NCBI GenBank assembly: GCA_951406725.2
Contig: OX597837.1
Coordinates: forward strand, 35,650,001-35,714,000
DNA: 64,000 nucleotides
Reading direction: 5' to 3'
Origin: Octopus vulgaris
Lineage: Eukaryota
Made by a program: the position numbers and the translations under genes. Shown here one piece after another: positions 26,372 to 40,399 of the stretch; positions within the stretch are counted from its first letter, which is position 1, and the number at the start of each line of letters is the position of its first letter. The notes beneath the pieces are model-generated. The model was not told where the DNA came from and did no database searches. It was given only the letters and a program-made list of their open reading frames with translations.

Positions 26372-26925
26372 TACCTTTTCTTCAGTGGACACTAAACTCT
26401 GCTTGCGAAGACCTGCTGAGTCAAGTGAAATCGTAATCAAATCAAATTTGCAAATTTGATGACTAGCACCCATGCCAGTGGAGTGCTAAGAGCACCATCT
26501 GAGCGTGATCGTTGCCAGAGTGGCTAACTGGCTTCCGTGCCGGTGGCACGTAAAAAGCACCATTCAAGTGTGATCATTACCAGAGTCGCCTTACTGACAC
26601 TTGTGCCAGTGGCACATGAAAAACATTCGAGCAAGGTCGTTGCCAGTGCCACTGGACTGGCTCCTGTGCAGGTGGCACATAAAAATCACCACTTGAGCAT
26701 GTCTGTTGCCAGTACCGCCTGATTGGCCCTCATGCTGGTGGCGTGTAAAAGCACCCACTACACTCTTGGAGTGGTTGGTGTTAGGAAAGGCATCGAGCTG
26801 TAGAAACTCTGTCAGATCAAGACTGGAGCCTGGTGCAGCCATCTGGTTCGCCAGCCCTCAGTCAAATTGTCCAACCCATGCTAGCATGGAAAGCGGACGT
26901 TAAACGATGATGATGATGATGATGA
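26372..26925 (+). mobile_element. RTE 3' UTR with about five internal repeats and (GAT)n tail
   Basis: Collinear with 4820-5228. Confidence 0.85.
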
Positions 26926-27197
26926 TATACATATATATATATGTATATATATAGACACACACAATAAATGTACATATATTTATACATTTATCCATACAAT
27001 ACTATACATGTGTGTGTGTGTTATTATGATTGTATGCGTTGATGCATATATTTATGTTTTTATAGATCTATGTTTGTATATATATGTGTGTGTATATATA
27101 TATACACAAAAAAACAAACACACATATATATATATATGCACACACATACATACATACATATATATATATACACATACATACCCACATATATACATAC

Positions 27198-27612
<415 letters not shown>

Positions 27613-28073
27613 TATATATATACATATATATATATGTATATGTAATATCCTCCCACATTGTAGATATTGTCCTGGAAACCTGCCAGTTGACACATTTCAA
27701 ATTATTTTCTGCTCTGCAAATGAACTGAAATAACATCAAAACTCTGTGTGTGTGTGTGTGTATGGTGTATGCGTGCATGCATGTGTGTGCACATATCTGT
27801 GTGTGTGTGTGTGTGGTGGTGGGTGTATATAAGATTTGAGCCAGAAAACAGGACATGAATCCTGCTTTCTGTCATAATAAAGTTCAGCAAAGAACCGAGG
27901 CTAGTTGAAGGTTACCATCAAGTGGGGCAGTTGCCTGGTGCATCACCTGCTTAGGGCCACCACATCACCTATTTGGTGAGGGGGAGGGCCTTCCAAATTG
28001 GAAAATGGAAGGCATGAGAATAATGAATAAAGCATTAAGTTTTATTCCTACCTTTAATGAATTCTTATAAACA

Positions 28074-28359
28074 ATGATGATGGTGGTGGTGGTGGTGGTG
28101 GTGGTGATGATGGTGATGATGATGATGGTGATGGTGGTGGTGGTGATGATGGTGATGATGATGGTGATGGTGGTGGTGATGATGATGATGATGATGATGA
28201 TGATGGCGGTAGTGGTGATGGCGGTGGTGGTGATGGTGATGATGATGATGATGATGATGATGATGGTGGTGATGGTGGTTGCGATGGTGATGATGATGGT
28301 GGTGGTGATGGTGGTGGTGGTGATGGTGATGATGGTGATGATGATGGTGATGGTGGTGG

Positions 28360-28411
<52 letters not shown>
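28074..28411. repeat. (GAT/GGT)n trinucleotide field; a similar field lies at 31866-32083
   Basis: Direct reading. Confidence 0.95.
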
Positions 28412-28413
<2 letters not shown>

Positions 28414-28965
28414 CTGTATTTGTACATTTGTTGGTTTTACTTTTTGTCTGTCTGTCTGTGTAGGCACAGGGTGTGGCTGTGTGGTAAGAAGCTTGCTTCC
28501 CAACCGCATGGTTCCTGGTTCAGTCCCACTACATGGCACATTGGTCAAGTGTCTTCTACGATAGCCTAGGGTTGACCAATGTCTTGGATTTGGAAGATGA
28601 AAACTGAAAGAAGCCTCCGTGTGTGTGCCTGCATGCATGTGTGTGTGTGTGTGTGCATGTTTGGCACCATTCCCACTGCTTCATAACTGGTGTTGGTTTG
28701 TTTACATGCCCTATAACATAGCTGTTTGGCAAAAGAGTTCCTAACTTAACAATCATTGGAGTTGAATTATCTGATTAACCCTTCAGCAATTCAACTGACC
28801 AATTCTGGCCCAAAATATTCAAACTGACCAGGTCCAGCTGCTCATATGTACTCTGTAATGTCATTCGAAATATAACAACTGCATCATTGAAATATTGAAC
28901 TATGGGATAATGCATTCTCATCCTCATCATCCGTTTTCCATGCTGGCATGGGTTGGATGGTTTGA

Positions 28966-29566
28966 AAGGTGGCGAGCTGGCAGAATCATTAGCACGCCGG
29001 GTGAAATGCATAGCCGTATTTCGTCTGCCGTTACGTTCTGAGTTCAAATTCCGCCGAGGTCGACTTTGCCTTTCATCCTTTCGGGGTCGATTAAATAAGT
29101 ACCAGTTACGTACTGGGGTCGATGTAATCGACTTAATCCGTTTGTCTGTCCTTGTTTGTCCCCTCTGTGTTTAGCCCCTTGTGGGTAGTAAAGAAATAGG
29201 TATTTCGATCATCGCTACGTTCTGAGTTCAAATTCTGCTGAGGTTGACTTTGCCTTTCATCCTTTCGGGGTCAATAACTTAAGTACCAGTTACGCACTCG
29301 GGTCGCTGTAATCAACTTAATCCGTTTGTCTGTCCTTGTTTGTCCCCTCTGTGTTTAGCCCCTTGTGGGTAGTAAAGAAATAGGTATTTCGTCTGCTGTT
29401 ATGTTCTGAGTTCAAATTCTGCCAAGGTCGACTTTGGCTTTCGTCCTTTCGGGGTCGATAAATTAAGTACCAGTTATGCACTGGGGTCGATGTAATCGAC
29501 TTAATCCATTTGTCTGTCCTTGTTTATCCCCTCTGTGTTTAGCCCCTTGTGGGTAGTAAAGAAATA
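28966..29566 (+). mobile_element. SINE B trimer (184-bp period) inserted in an RTE tail fragment
   Basis: TTCTGAGTTCAAATT at 29036, 29220 and 29404; GGTTTGA duplicated at 28959-28965 and 29567-29573. Confidence 0.9.
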
Positions 29567-30156
29567 GGTTTGACCAGAGCTGGGGAGCTGCATCAAGTCC
29601 CAGCCTCATTTGGCTTGATTTCTACAGCCAGGATGCTCTTCCTAACATCAACCCCTTCACAAAGTTTGCTGGGTGCTTTTAATGTGGCCCCACATGAATG
29701 ATCTCATGTAGCACTGCTGGTACAAGACTCGTGAATAGATGGGCTTTGCATTTGACAGAACAGTCCCAATGTTAAAAGGGGTTATCCTTTCAAGGCGGTG
29801 CCCCAGCATGGCCACAGTCTGAAGGAAGGAAGCGAGAGAAAAATAAAAGATAGTTTAGTGAGGCTGAGCAGAGGAAGAGGAGGGGATGGTTGAGGGATGA
29901 ACAAGAGGAAGATGAGTGCGAGAGATGCAGGAGAGATAAATGCGTGGGTGGTGGAGAAACTGCAGTAAGAGCGACAGACGTGTCTGAGTGGTAAAGAGAT
30001 ATGGATTAGATAAGAAGGACATGTGATGAGGAGGCTGTGTGATACGTGATGGAAGGGCAGCCTGACTGGCATACCATTGGTTGTGACCAATTTCAGATGG
30101 TCTCATTGACAGAACAGCCTGCTTGTGAAATTCTGGTAATCAGCATTGCTTTGAAG

Positions 30157-30662
<506 letters not shown>

Positions 30663-30808
30663 TGAATGTTTGATAAGAAGCTTGCTTCCCAACCACATGG
30701 TTCTGGGTTCAGTCCCACTGCATGGCACCTTGGGTAAGTGTTTTCTACTATAGCCTTAGACCAACCAAAGCCTTGTGAGTGGATTTGGTAGATGGAAACT
30801 GAAAGAAG

Positions 30809-30821
30809 CCTGTTGTATATA

Positions 30822-30866
<45 letters not shown>

Positions 30867-31690
30867 CTGTGTTTGTCACCCCACCATTGCTCACACCACT
30901 GATGTTGGTGTGTTTACGTCCCCACAACGGTTTGTCAAAAGAGCCCAATGGAATAATTACTAGGCTTGCAAAGAATAAGTCCTGGGGTCGATTCGTTCAA
31001 CTAAAAGTTGTGATCCAGCATGGCCACTATCAAAGGACTGTAACAAATAAAAGAATAAATATTGAGATAAGCCCCTAAAAACTGGCACTCAGTCAGCTGT
31101 GACAATAAGGGTTCCAGTTGATTCGATCAACTGGAACTGCCTGTTTGTGAAATTAATGTGTGAGTGGTTGAGTACTCCACAGATACATGTGTACCCTTAA
31201 TGTAGTTCTCAGGGAGATTCAGCGACAAAGGCTGGCCCCTTTTGGATTGCAGGTACAACTCATTTTTGCCAGCCTGTTGTATATATGTGTGTGTGTGTAT
31301 ATATATATATATGTGTGTGTGTGTCTGTGTTTGTCACCCCACCATTGCTCACACCACTGATGTTGGTGTGTTTACGTCCCCACAACGGTTTGTCAAAAGA
31401 GCCCAATGGAATAATTACTAGGCTTGCAAAGAATAAGTCCTGGGGTCGATTCGTTCAACTAAAAGTTGTGATCCAGCATGGCCACTATCAAAGGACTGTA
31501 ACAAATAAAAGAATAAATATTGAGATAAGCCCCTAAAAACTGGCACTCAGTCAGCTGTGACAATAAGGGTTCCAGTTGATTCGATCAACTGGAACTGCCT
31601 GTTTGTGAAATTAATGTGTGAGTGGTTGAGTACTCCACAGATACATGTGTACCCTTAATGTAGTTCTCAGGGAGATTCAGCGACAAAGGC
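30809..31690. repeat. Near-identical tandem duplication (~458-bp period) of the SINE A 3' half plus a SINE D2 fragment
   Basis: 30809-31229 is repeated at 31273-31690; the two ORF translations in the track are nearly identical. Confidence 0.9.
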
Positions 31691-32010
31691 ATGGTCCCCG
31701 GGTTCAGTCCCACTGCGTGGCATCTTGGGCAAGTGTCTTCTGCTATAGCCCCGGGCCGACCAATGCCTTGTGAGTGGGTCCTCACATCCCTCAATGGTCA
31801 TAGGGACCCTTGTTGACAAGCACTGATTCAGTAACCGACAGGGCCTCACACAACCCATTCAACCCTTGGTGGTGGTGGCGGTGATGATGATGATGATGGT
31901 GGTGGTGGTGGCAGTGATGATGATGGTGGTGGTGGTGGTGGTGGTGGTGGTGGTGGCGGTGATGATGATGGTGGTGGTGGTGGCGGTGATGATGATGGTG
32001 GTGGTGGCAG

Positions 32011-32043
<33 letters not shown>

Positions 32044-32677
32044 CGGTGATGATGATGGTGGTGGTGGTGGTAGTGGTGGTGGTATCTTCTTGCAAAGGTG
32101 CCTTTACACGTTTACAGAATTTATTTTTTCATTTCAAATTAAAAAAACCTGAATGTCTGTCTTACCACCACCATTAACAGCAACGACAACAACAACAACG
32201 CTATTGTGGTGGTGGTTAATGCACGAAATATGCATGTGTGTGTGTGTGTAAGCGTGCATGTCTGTGTGTGTGTTTGTGCCTCTGTATGATGTGATTGATG
32301 GAGCAAGGTAGACTAAACAGTGTGTCTCTCTTTGCCAGTTTGGTGTGACATTTGGTACAGTTTTATGCGAGGAGCGGTAAGAGTAGACAACGGTGAATGG
32401 AAGGGGGCCCATATTGGGGGAGGAGGAGGAGTAAGAAGCAGGGTCAGGAGGGCGTGGGGGTAGGGTTAGGTGAGTTGGTGAAAGGATGGTGGTGGTGGTG
32501 GTAGGAATTAAAACAATTTTAATTTATAAATAAAATAAAGCCAAGCTACTGTGCTGTCTCTGAACAATTTCTGTCCATCACTGCTGTTAGACAAGTGTTT
32601 AGTAGATCAGAGGGGAAAGAGAAGCATGCCTTCTGTAAACATAATTTAGCATAGATTTCATTTTACATATATATATA

Positions 32678-33679
32678 TCTTTATATATATAAAACTGAGA
32701 ATGTGTGATGTCTGTCTGTGTGTTTCCCTAAAACTTGAGAACTACACAACCAATTTCATTCAAATTTTACACATGGCTTACTTAGGGTCGGAGGAGTGTC
32801 ATCGGCAAAACAAATGTTAACTTTTTGCCTAGGACGGGCCCACAGCAATATCATATCTTCTCCACTACAATTCCCTAAAACTTGAGAACTACACAACCAA
32901 TTTCATTCAAATTTTACATATTCCTTACTTAGGGTCCATGTAGTTTCATGGGCAAAAAAAATGTTCAACTTCTTGCCTAGAGCGAGCCTATAGCAATATC
33001 ATATCTTCTCCACTATTTCAGTATTACGTGTTAAAAGTGAAACAAAAACATTTCTCTATTTTATGTCAGATGCTTTCACTTTAACAATAAAAATAATAAT
33101 AAAAATTGAATTATATGTAGTAAGTAATAATTAAAATCAAACTAAAGTATAATATAATCGTAACATAACAAAAGTAAAAATAGCAATTGGTATAAAATTG
33201 CATCAATGACTTGAACTTGAATAAGTGGTTTCACATGAATGGGAATAAATTAAAAATAAAATTAGCGTGCAGAAATGGAATAGTCCAGATGGATAATAAA
33301 AAATTAAATTAAAGAAAAGACTATTGTCTATAAAGTATACAATGTAGAGAAAAAAAATTTGAACACCTGGAGGAAAGCACCTTCGAAAAGTGTCTTGGTG
33401 CGACTATGAAAAGTATCTAATCAGAGGCGGTAAATTCGCCACAATAGAAGCAAGGTTCGAGTCAACGGAGCGTGCAAGGGAGTACTCGACTCGAACTTGC
33501 AAAGTGGAAATATTTTATTTTTACCTTTATATCTGGGACGTAGGACGTCCCGGATAAAAATTAAAAATGCCCCCCCCCCCCAGAAGTAGAGGTAGGCTGG
33601 ATTGTAGCCACACTTCTATACAAGAGGGAGGACAAGATACAATTGATCGAAATTACAAGAGACGGGCTAACAATTCCAG
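32678..33679 (+). mobile_element. Degenerate non-autonomous Helitron
   Basis: Start A|TCTTTATATATATAAAA..TGTCTGTCTGTGTG resembles the intact element at 63053. It has an internal ~145-bp duplication and a degenerate end ACGGG...CCAG|T. Confidence 0.55.
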
Positions 33680-33852
33680 TCTGTTATATATTTTGAGTAT
33701 TGTTATCACTAGCGATATCAAGATATAACTTTGTATTTTGTATTTTATGTGTAGATGTATATATATAGATGTACATGTAATATGTACACATATATATACA
33801 CATATATACATGCACTAGCACTATGACCCGGCAATGACGGGTCATAATGCTA

Positions 33853-33889
<37 letters not shown>

Positions 33890-34060
33890 TATATGCATAT
33901 ACATATATATATATATGCATATGCATATATATATATGCATATGCATATTCTGGTGGCAGAATTACCTCATATATATATGCATATACACCCACACCCAAAA
34001 GCATGCATACATAGATATACACATGCATATTTACATACAAATACAAACAAGCATGAATTC

Positions 34061-34095
<35 letters not shown>

Positions 34096-34122
34096 CACAC
34101 ATACAAACACATACATATACAC

Positions 34123-34170
<48 letters not shown>

Positions 34171-34234
34171 GTATATGTATATATATGGATCAAACTGTTT
34201 TGATCCCTACATGTAACTCCCAATGACTTTATTG

Positions 34235-34453
34235 AGTGCCCTTCTTTCATTTGTCTTAGTGATTTTTTTCTCCTCCGTCTTCCTTTTCTCTTGGACTTTC
34301 CTCAGTCTCCTGTTTCCGAAGAAGAGCTTTGCTCGAAACATAAAAACACCCTTTCTTTCCCTCCTTCAGCATCTTATTAATACTTTGCATATACTACGTC
34401 CTCGTGGGGTTTTTTCCTCTCTTGTTCTGTTTTTTACTCTGTTTTGGGGGATT

Positions 34454-34460
<7 letters not shown>
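34235..34460 (+). mobile_element. Penelope-type remnant with a minimal hammerhead-like core (34312-34347)
   Basis: GTTT-CCGAAGA-A-GAGC-TTT-GCTC-GAAA-CAT-A-AAAAC; homologous to 37770-37980 and flanked by (TA)n. Confidence 0.6.
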
Positions 34461-34502
<42 letters not shown>

Positions 34503-34693
34503 TCGATAGGTGAATGAATTATCCTATGTTTACCGTTAACATGGAAAATTCGATGAACCGATACCAGGGTAGCAAATTCACGTCAGAAACACGGTTGGAG
34601 CGACCTGACCAAGGGTAAAAACTCCGGGTTCATGTGCAGAAATTTGTGTGTTGTATATGAATAAATAAATGAATGGAGTTGAACGAAGATGTT

Positions 34694-34742
<49 letters not shown>

Positions 34743-34903
34743 CAAGCATGCATATACATGTACATGCATATATACACATTCATTCAAACACAAGCACATA
34801 CACACACACACACACACACACATTACATATATGAACATGCATAGGTATACATCCTTGTGTGTATTTATGTATGTCAATATGTGTGTGTGTGTATATATCA
34901 TAT

Positions 34904-34943
<40 letters not shown>

Positions 34944-36409
34944 TCTGTAGAATGGCTGTTACCATTTTGTTTGCTGGTGGCAGAATTACCTCATTTCTTC
35001 AGCAACACCTTCAGCCCCCCCCCCCCCATTATGAACAACATCCACAGTAGCAGTACGGTGGTGTGGGGGGTGGGGTTAGGGTTTTACCTTTTCTTGACTT
35101 TCTTACTTCCTGGCTTAGCTAAGAACATTGGGTTGTCTATCTCTCTCTCCCCTCTCTTCCTCTGTCTATCTTTCTTTCTCTCTCTCCCTCCTCTCTTCCT
35201 CTGTCTATCTTTCTTTCTCTCTTCCTTTATCTATCTATCTGTCTCTTTCACTTCTCTCTTCCTCTCTCTTACTTTCTCTGTCTGTCTGTCTCTCTCATCT
35301 CTCATTCCCCACCCTCCGCCTCTCTCTGTTTTTGTCTTTGTTTCTTGAGGCGGCTGCCAAGATACTGGAACATACGTGCCTGCATGCGCACACGTACCCA
35401 CCCACCCTGGTAGGATTGGTAGGTATAGCCTGTACATCTTCTCTGTTAACTGCCTCAGACAGCATTTCAGCCTTAATCAGAGCTTTGTCTGTTCACACAT
35501 ATAGCCTCTCTCTGTATGTGTGTGTGTGTATCGCACACCCTTCTGTATTTCTCTTTCTCTATTCTACTATATATATCTATATATATATATATATATATAT
35601 ATATGTGGAGGCGCAATGGCCCAGTGGTTAGGGCAGCGGTTTCGATTCCCAGACCGGGCGTTGTGAGTGTTTATTGAGCGAAAACACCTAAAGCTCCACG
35701 AGGCTTCTACTATAGCCTTTGGCTGCCCAAAGCCTTGTGAGTAGATTTAGTAGTTGGAAACTGAAAGAAGAATACTGTTTGACCACCGGTGTTGGTGTGT
35801 TTACGTCCCTACTGCTTTTGCTGTGTGAAAGAAAGAAACTGCTAGAATAAGTACCAGACTTTTTAAAAAAATAGAATTACTGGGGCCAATTAATTCATTT
35901 GACTAAAATGCTTCAAGGTGGTGCCCCAGCATGGCCACTGTCTAATGGCTTAAACAAATAAAATTAAAAGATATAATGTATATATATTGTTCAGAGCATA
36001 AATTCTAAGGAAATATATTTATATATGTGTGCACACACACACACACTCTCTGTCTGTCTGTCTGTCTGTATGTCCGTCTCTCTGTCTGTCTCTCTCTCTC
36101 TGTCTGTCTCTCTCTCTCACACACACACAACTACACACACACTCTCGCTCACGCACACATCAAAACAGGAGATTGGACAAGTTTTTTTATATCATTTATT
36201 CACCATTACATGTGTTTCATTTGGTAATAGGAGTTACAAAATTGTACACGTAGTTGAAAACCTGTAAGATAATTCCTATTAAAATTTCTTCAGACAGAAT
36301 CAAATACTATGTCAAATAGAACAATTGCATATGCATTTGGAATATTGAAATATGCAGATGTGCTCCAAGAGGGCACAGCTCAGATTTTAACTCTGTGTGT
36401 GTGTGTGTG

Positions 36410-36447
<38 letters not shown>

Positions 36448-36935
36448 TGTGTACAATGCTCAGGTGCACTACAACTCATCTAAAGTATATATATAATCAG
36501 AAAATATGAATTAGAGATAAAACCACTATTAGCCAACTCAAGCAGTGATAGACATAAACCAATACATTTGAATTGCCTAATAGTGTTTTTATCTCTAATT
36601 CATATTTTATATATTTATACTGTGAAATTTGATTTAATACTAAATCTGATTTTTCCCTGTAAGTTTGGAGCCGTATTCCCTAATATTATTATAATATATA
36701 TATATATATTCCCCTCTCAGATTCACACACTTATTGCAGCAATCCTTCAATTTTTCTACCCCCTGTAAAAGAGCTCAGAAGGTTGGGCATTCAACCAGGC
36801 CTTTTGTGATACTCTTAAAGCCAGGAACTTTTTAGCAGCCCCTAGTATGTATGCATGTGTATGTCTGTGTGTGAGAGTATGTGTATTCCACTCTCTCTAT
36901 TTCTGTATGTTTGGGTGTGAGAGGATTTTAATGAG

Positions 36936-36971
<36 letters not shown>

Positions 36972-37725
36972 TGTATGTCAGGTTGCTCTAGCGGTATAGG
37001 TAACATGTAATCCAGTACAACCTGTTGCATAGTTGGGTCATTGGCAACTAAACCAGCAACCCCACCAAGCTGGCTTGGTGAAGGAGGGTGGCTTTTGGAC
37101 ACCCTGTTGGATGCAAAATGAGGCCCATTAAAGGGTAGAGGAACTCAGGAGAGTTAATGGACATCCAATATCGTCAAGGGTAGATGGTGTTCAGTGGTCG
37201 TAATGAAAGACAATCCATTTAGGAGAAGGAAATCTTTGAAATAAAATCCATTCCATGAATGTAAAACTGTGTCTTTCTCTTGCCTTGACACTTGCCCATA
37301 GCATGAAATCAAAGTCACTGGCCATACAAATGCTGTTGTTGACTGTGTATCATGAAACCCTGACCATTCATTGAGTTGTTTGTTGTTTGAAGGACTTGAG
37401 GAAGTATTTCTTTACCTGGAGACAGTTAAAGGTTCATTCTTTTTTTCTTTTTCTTTTTACTTGCTGGGTCTGAGAAAGGGACAATGAGTTTGACTTTGCA
37501 GGGTTCCCCAGACTAGTGACATTTATGATGTTAACCCTTTAGCCCATAAACAGGTCATATATGGTCCAAATATTCTATTTGGATTAAGTCGATTACATCG
37601 ACCCCAGTGCGTAATTGGTACTTATTTAATCGACCCTGAAAAGATGAAAGGCAAAATCGACCTCGGCGGAATTTGAACTTAGAACGTAGCAGCAGACGAA
37701 ATACTGCTAAGCCCATTCATACATT

Positions 37726-37764
<39 letters not shown>

Positions 37765-37769
37765 TCAAA

Positions 37770-37980
37770 ATGTGAGCGCGTGTGTACCGTTGGCGATTTT
37801 TTTTCCTCTGTCTTCCCTTCTCTGGAGCTTTGCTTCTCCTATGTTTCCGACGAAGAGCTCCGCTCGAAACGTTAAACCCTCCTTCTTTCCTTCTTTCCTG
37901 AGCGTCCAATAATACTATATTTGTTCCACGTCCTCGCGTTGTTGTGTTTTTTTGTGCTTTCTTGTTTGGATTAACTTTAT
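37770..37980 (+). mobile_element. Penelope-type remnant with a minimal hammerhead-like core (37843-37877)
   Basis: GTTT-CCGACGA-A-GAGC-TCC-GCTC-GAAA-CGT-T-AAAC; flanked by (TA)n. Confidence 0.65.
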
Positions 37981-38003
37981 ACATATATATATTTATATAT
38001 ATT

Positions 38004-38038
<35 letters not shown>

Positions 38039-38749
38039 GTATATATAGATGTATATATATATAGCTGTATATGGATGTAAATATATATTTATACACATAC
38101 ACGAAACTATATACAACCGTTCATACATTTATGCGTGTGTGTGTGTGTAACTTTGAGGAAACAACTGGAGATAGTCTGAAGAGAAAATGTAAGATAAGAT
38201 TTGAGAGGGAGAAAGAAAGGCAGTAAGAGAGAGAGAGAGAGAGAGAGAAGGGGAGTGAGTAATAGAGAGAAAGAGAGAGACAGTAACTAGATCTGGGTGA
38301 ATCTGTGTTAGTCAGCCATGTAATACCTTACAGAAGAGAAGTCTTTGAGAAAGTCTATCTCGCTAGGAGAATTTCCAAAAACTATCCAAGACTTTTGGTT
38401 CCTTCCTACGTGTAGACAACTTTGAGAAAAAACTCTGCTTCCTCACAATTATATATCGGCTCTGTATTTATTTATATAATAACTATGGTTATCTCTCTGT
38501 CTATCTAATTATCTGTATATTTACCTCTCTGTCCCCACTTCCCCCCTCTCTCTGTCTAACTGTCTATTTAGCCAGCCCCCAGCCAGTTATCTCACGTGTG
38601 TATATCTATGTATATATATCTATCTGTCTGCCTGTCTTCTCTAGCCATTTATCACACACCTCCATCCATTTAACCATTTAATCTGTATCTGTCTGTCTGT
38701 TTGTCTATCTCTAACTAGCCCCATCTATCTGCCTGTCTGTCTGTCTGTC

Positions 38750-38879
38750 TGTCTAGTGCATGTGTCTATCTATCTATCTATCTATCTTTATCTATCTATC
38801 TATATCTGTCTGTCTATCTATCTATCTATCTATCTGTCTATCTTTCTACCTATCTGTCTGTCTGTCTATCTTCTGTCTG

Positions 38880-38958
<79 letters not shown>

Positions 38959-39005
38959 GTGTCTATCTATTTATCTATCTATCTTTATCTATCTGTCTGT
39001 CTGTC
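38750..39005. repeat. (TCTA)n microsatellite
   Basis: Direct reading. Confidence 0.95.
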
Positions 39006-39848
39006 TCTGTTTTAAATCCCTCTGCTTCCTCTGTTAATTAACGTGCAGATGACTCGTCTCCATGAAACAACAGCTAAAGTCTCCCTCAGATTTGTACCAT
39101 AGTGTCTTAAAAAAAGGACACATTATCTTGGTTTATACTCTGAGAACTGAATAAAACTGGATGGTCACAGCTGAAATGTCTGATCATTAAAGTCTGCTCA
39201 TTCAGGGCTGACCTAGGGCTAAACTGTAACAACAGCAACACCACCAAACCTATGCTGTTACTTGACTTGCTAGAAATAGCAACCAAATTTCCTCGAATCA
39301 CTCATTATGCGTTTGTTTTCTTTTGCTTCAGTATGGACCAAAAAAGTTGGTTTGGTCGCAGTTGGAATGTCTTTGATGATGGGAGGGAGGTCAGTCGGGG
39401 AGGTCGATCGGCTCAATTAGTTTGAAGCCAAAGGCTGAACGGCAATAACAACAGCGCCGTAACCCCCACCGTGACCACCACCACTGTGACATCACTAACG
39501 ACAATCACCATTAACAATAAGTCTTATTAATGCCAAGCATCATTACAATAACAACAACAACACTGCCACCGGTGGCGGGAGTGGGGGGTCGTCACCCAAC
39601 GCCGTCGCCGCCAATAGCGTCGTGGCCACCACTACTAACGGCAGCAAGCCCTATCGACCAACCCCCACCGTCACCCCTAACAACAACAACAGCAGCAATA
39701 AAGCTTCTTAATTAGTGTGAGAGAGGAAAATTAATTCTTTGATTCTAGTATAAACAATTGATAATAATAATAATAATAATAATGATAATAATAATAACAA
39801 TGATAATAATAAATGCGTGTGCGCACACACACAAATACACACACGCAC

Positions 39849-39889
<41 letters not shown>

Positions 39890-40001
39890 CACACACACAC
39901 ACACACACACATATAGACAGACACGCACACGTATTTATATATGTATAAACAGACATGTATATATAATGTTTGTGTGTGTATGTGTATATATATATGTATA
40001 T

Positions 40002-40035
<34 letters not shown>

Positions 40036-40240
40036 GTGTGTGTGTATATGTATATATATATGTGTATATATATGTGTGTGTGTATATATATATATGTGTG
40101 TGTGTGTATATATATATGTGTGTGTGTATATGTGTGTGTATATATATATATATGTATGTATATATGTATATATTTATATATATATATATGTATGTATATA
40201 TGTGCATATATATATATGTATGTATATATATATATGTATG

Positions 40241-40317
<77 letters not shown>

Positions 40318-40399
40318 GTGTGTGTGTGCGTGTGTTCTGGCATTCGTTTCGTTTTTGGTTCTGTTTATTTTATCATCAAGGATATTTGGTAGTTAGTGT

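Noticed and set aside
28054-28638. Poly-His and poly-Ser/Pro ORFs
   Set aside because: Translation of a (GAT/GGT)n microsatellite joined to a SINE.
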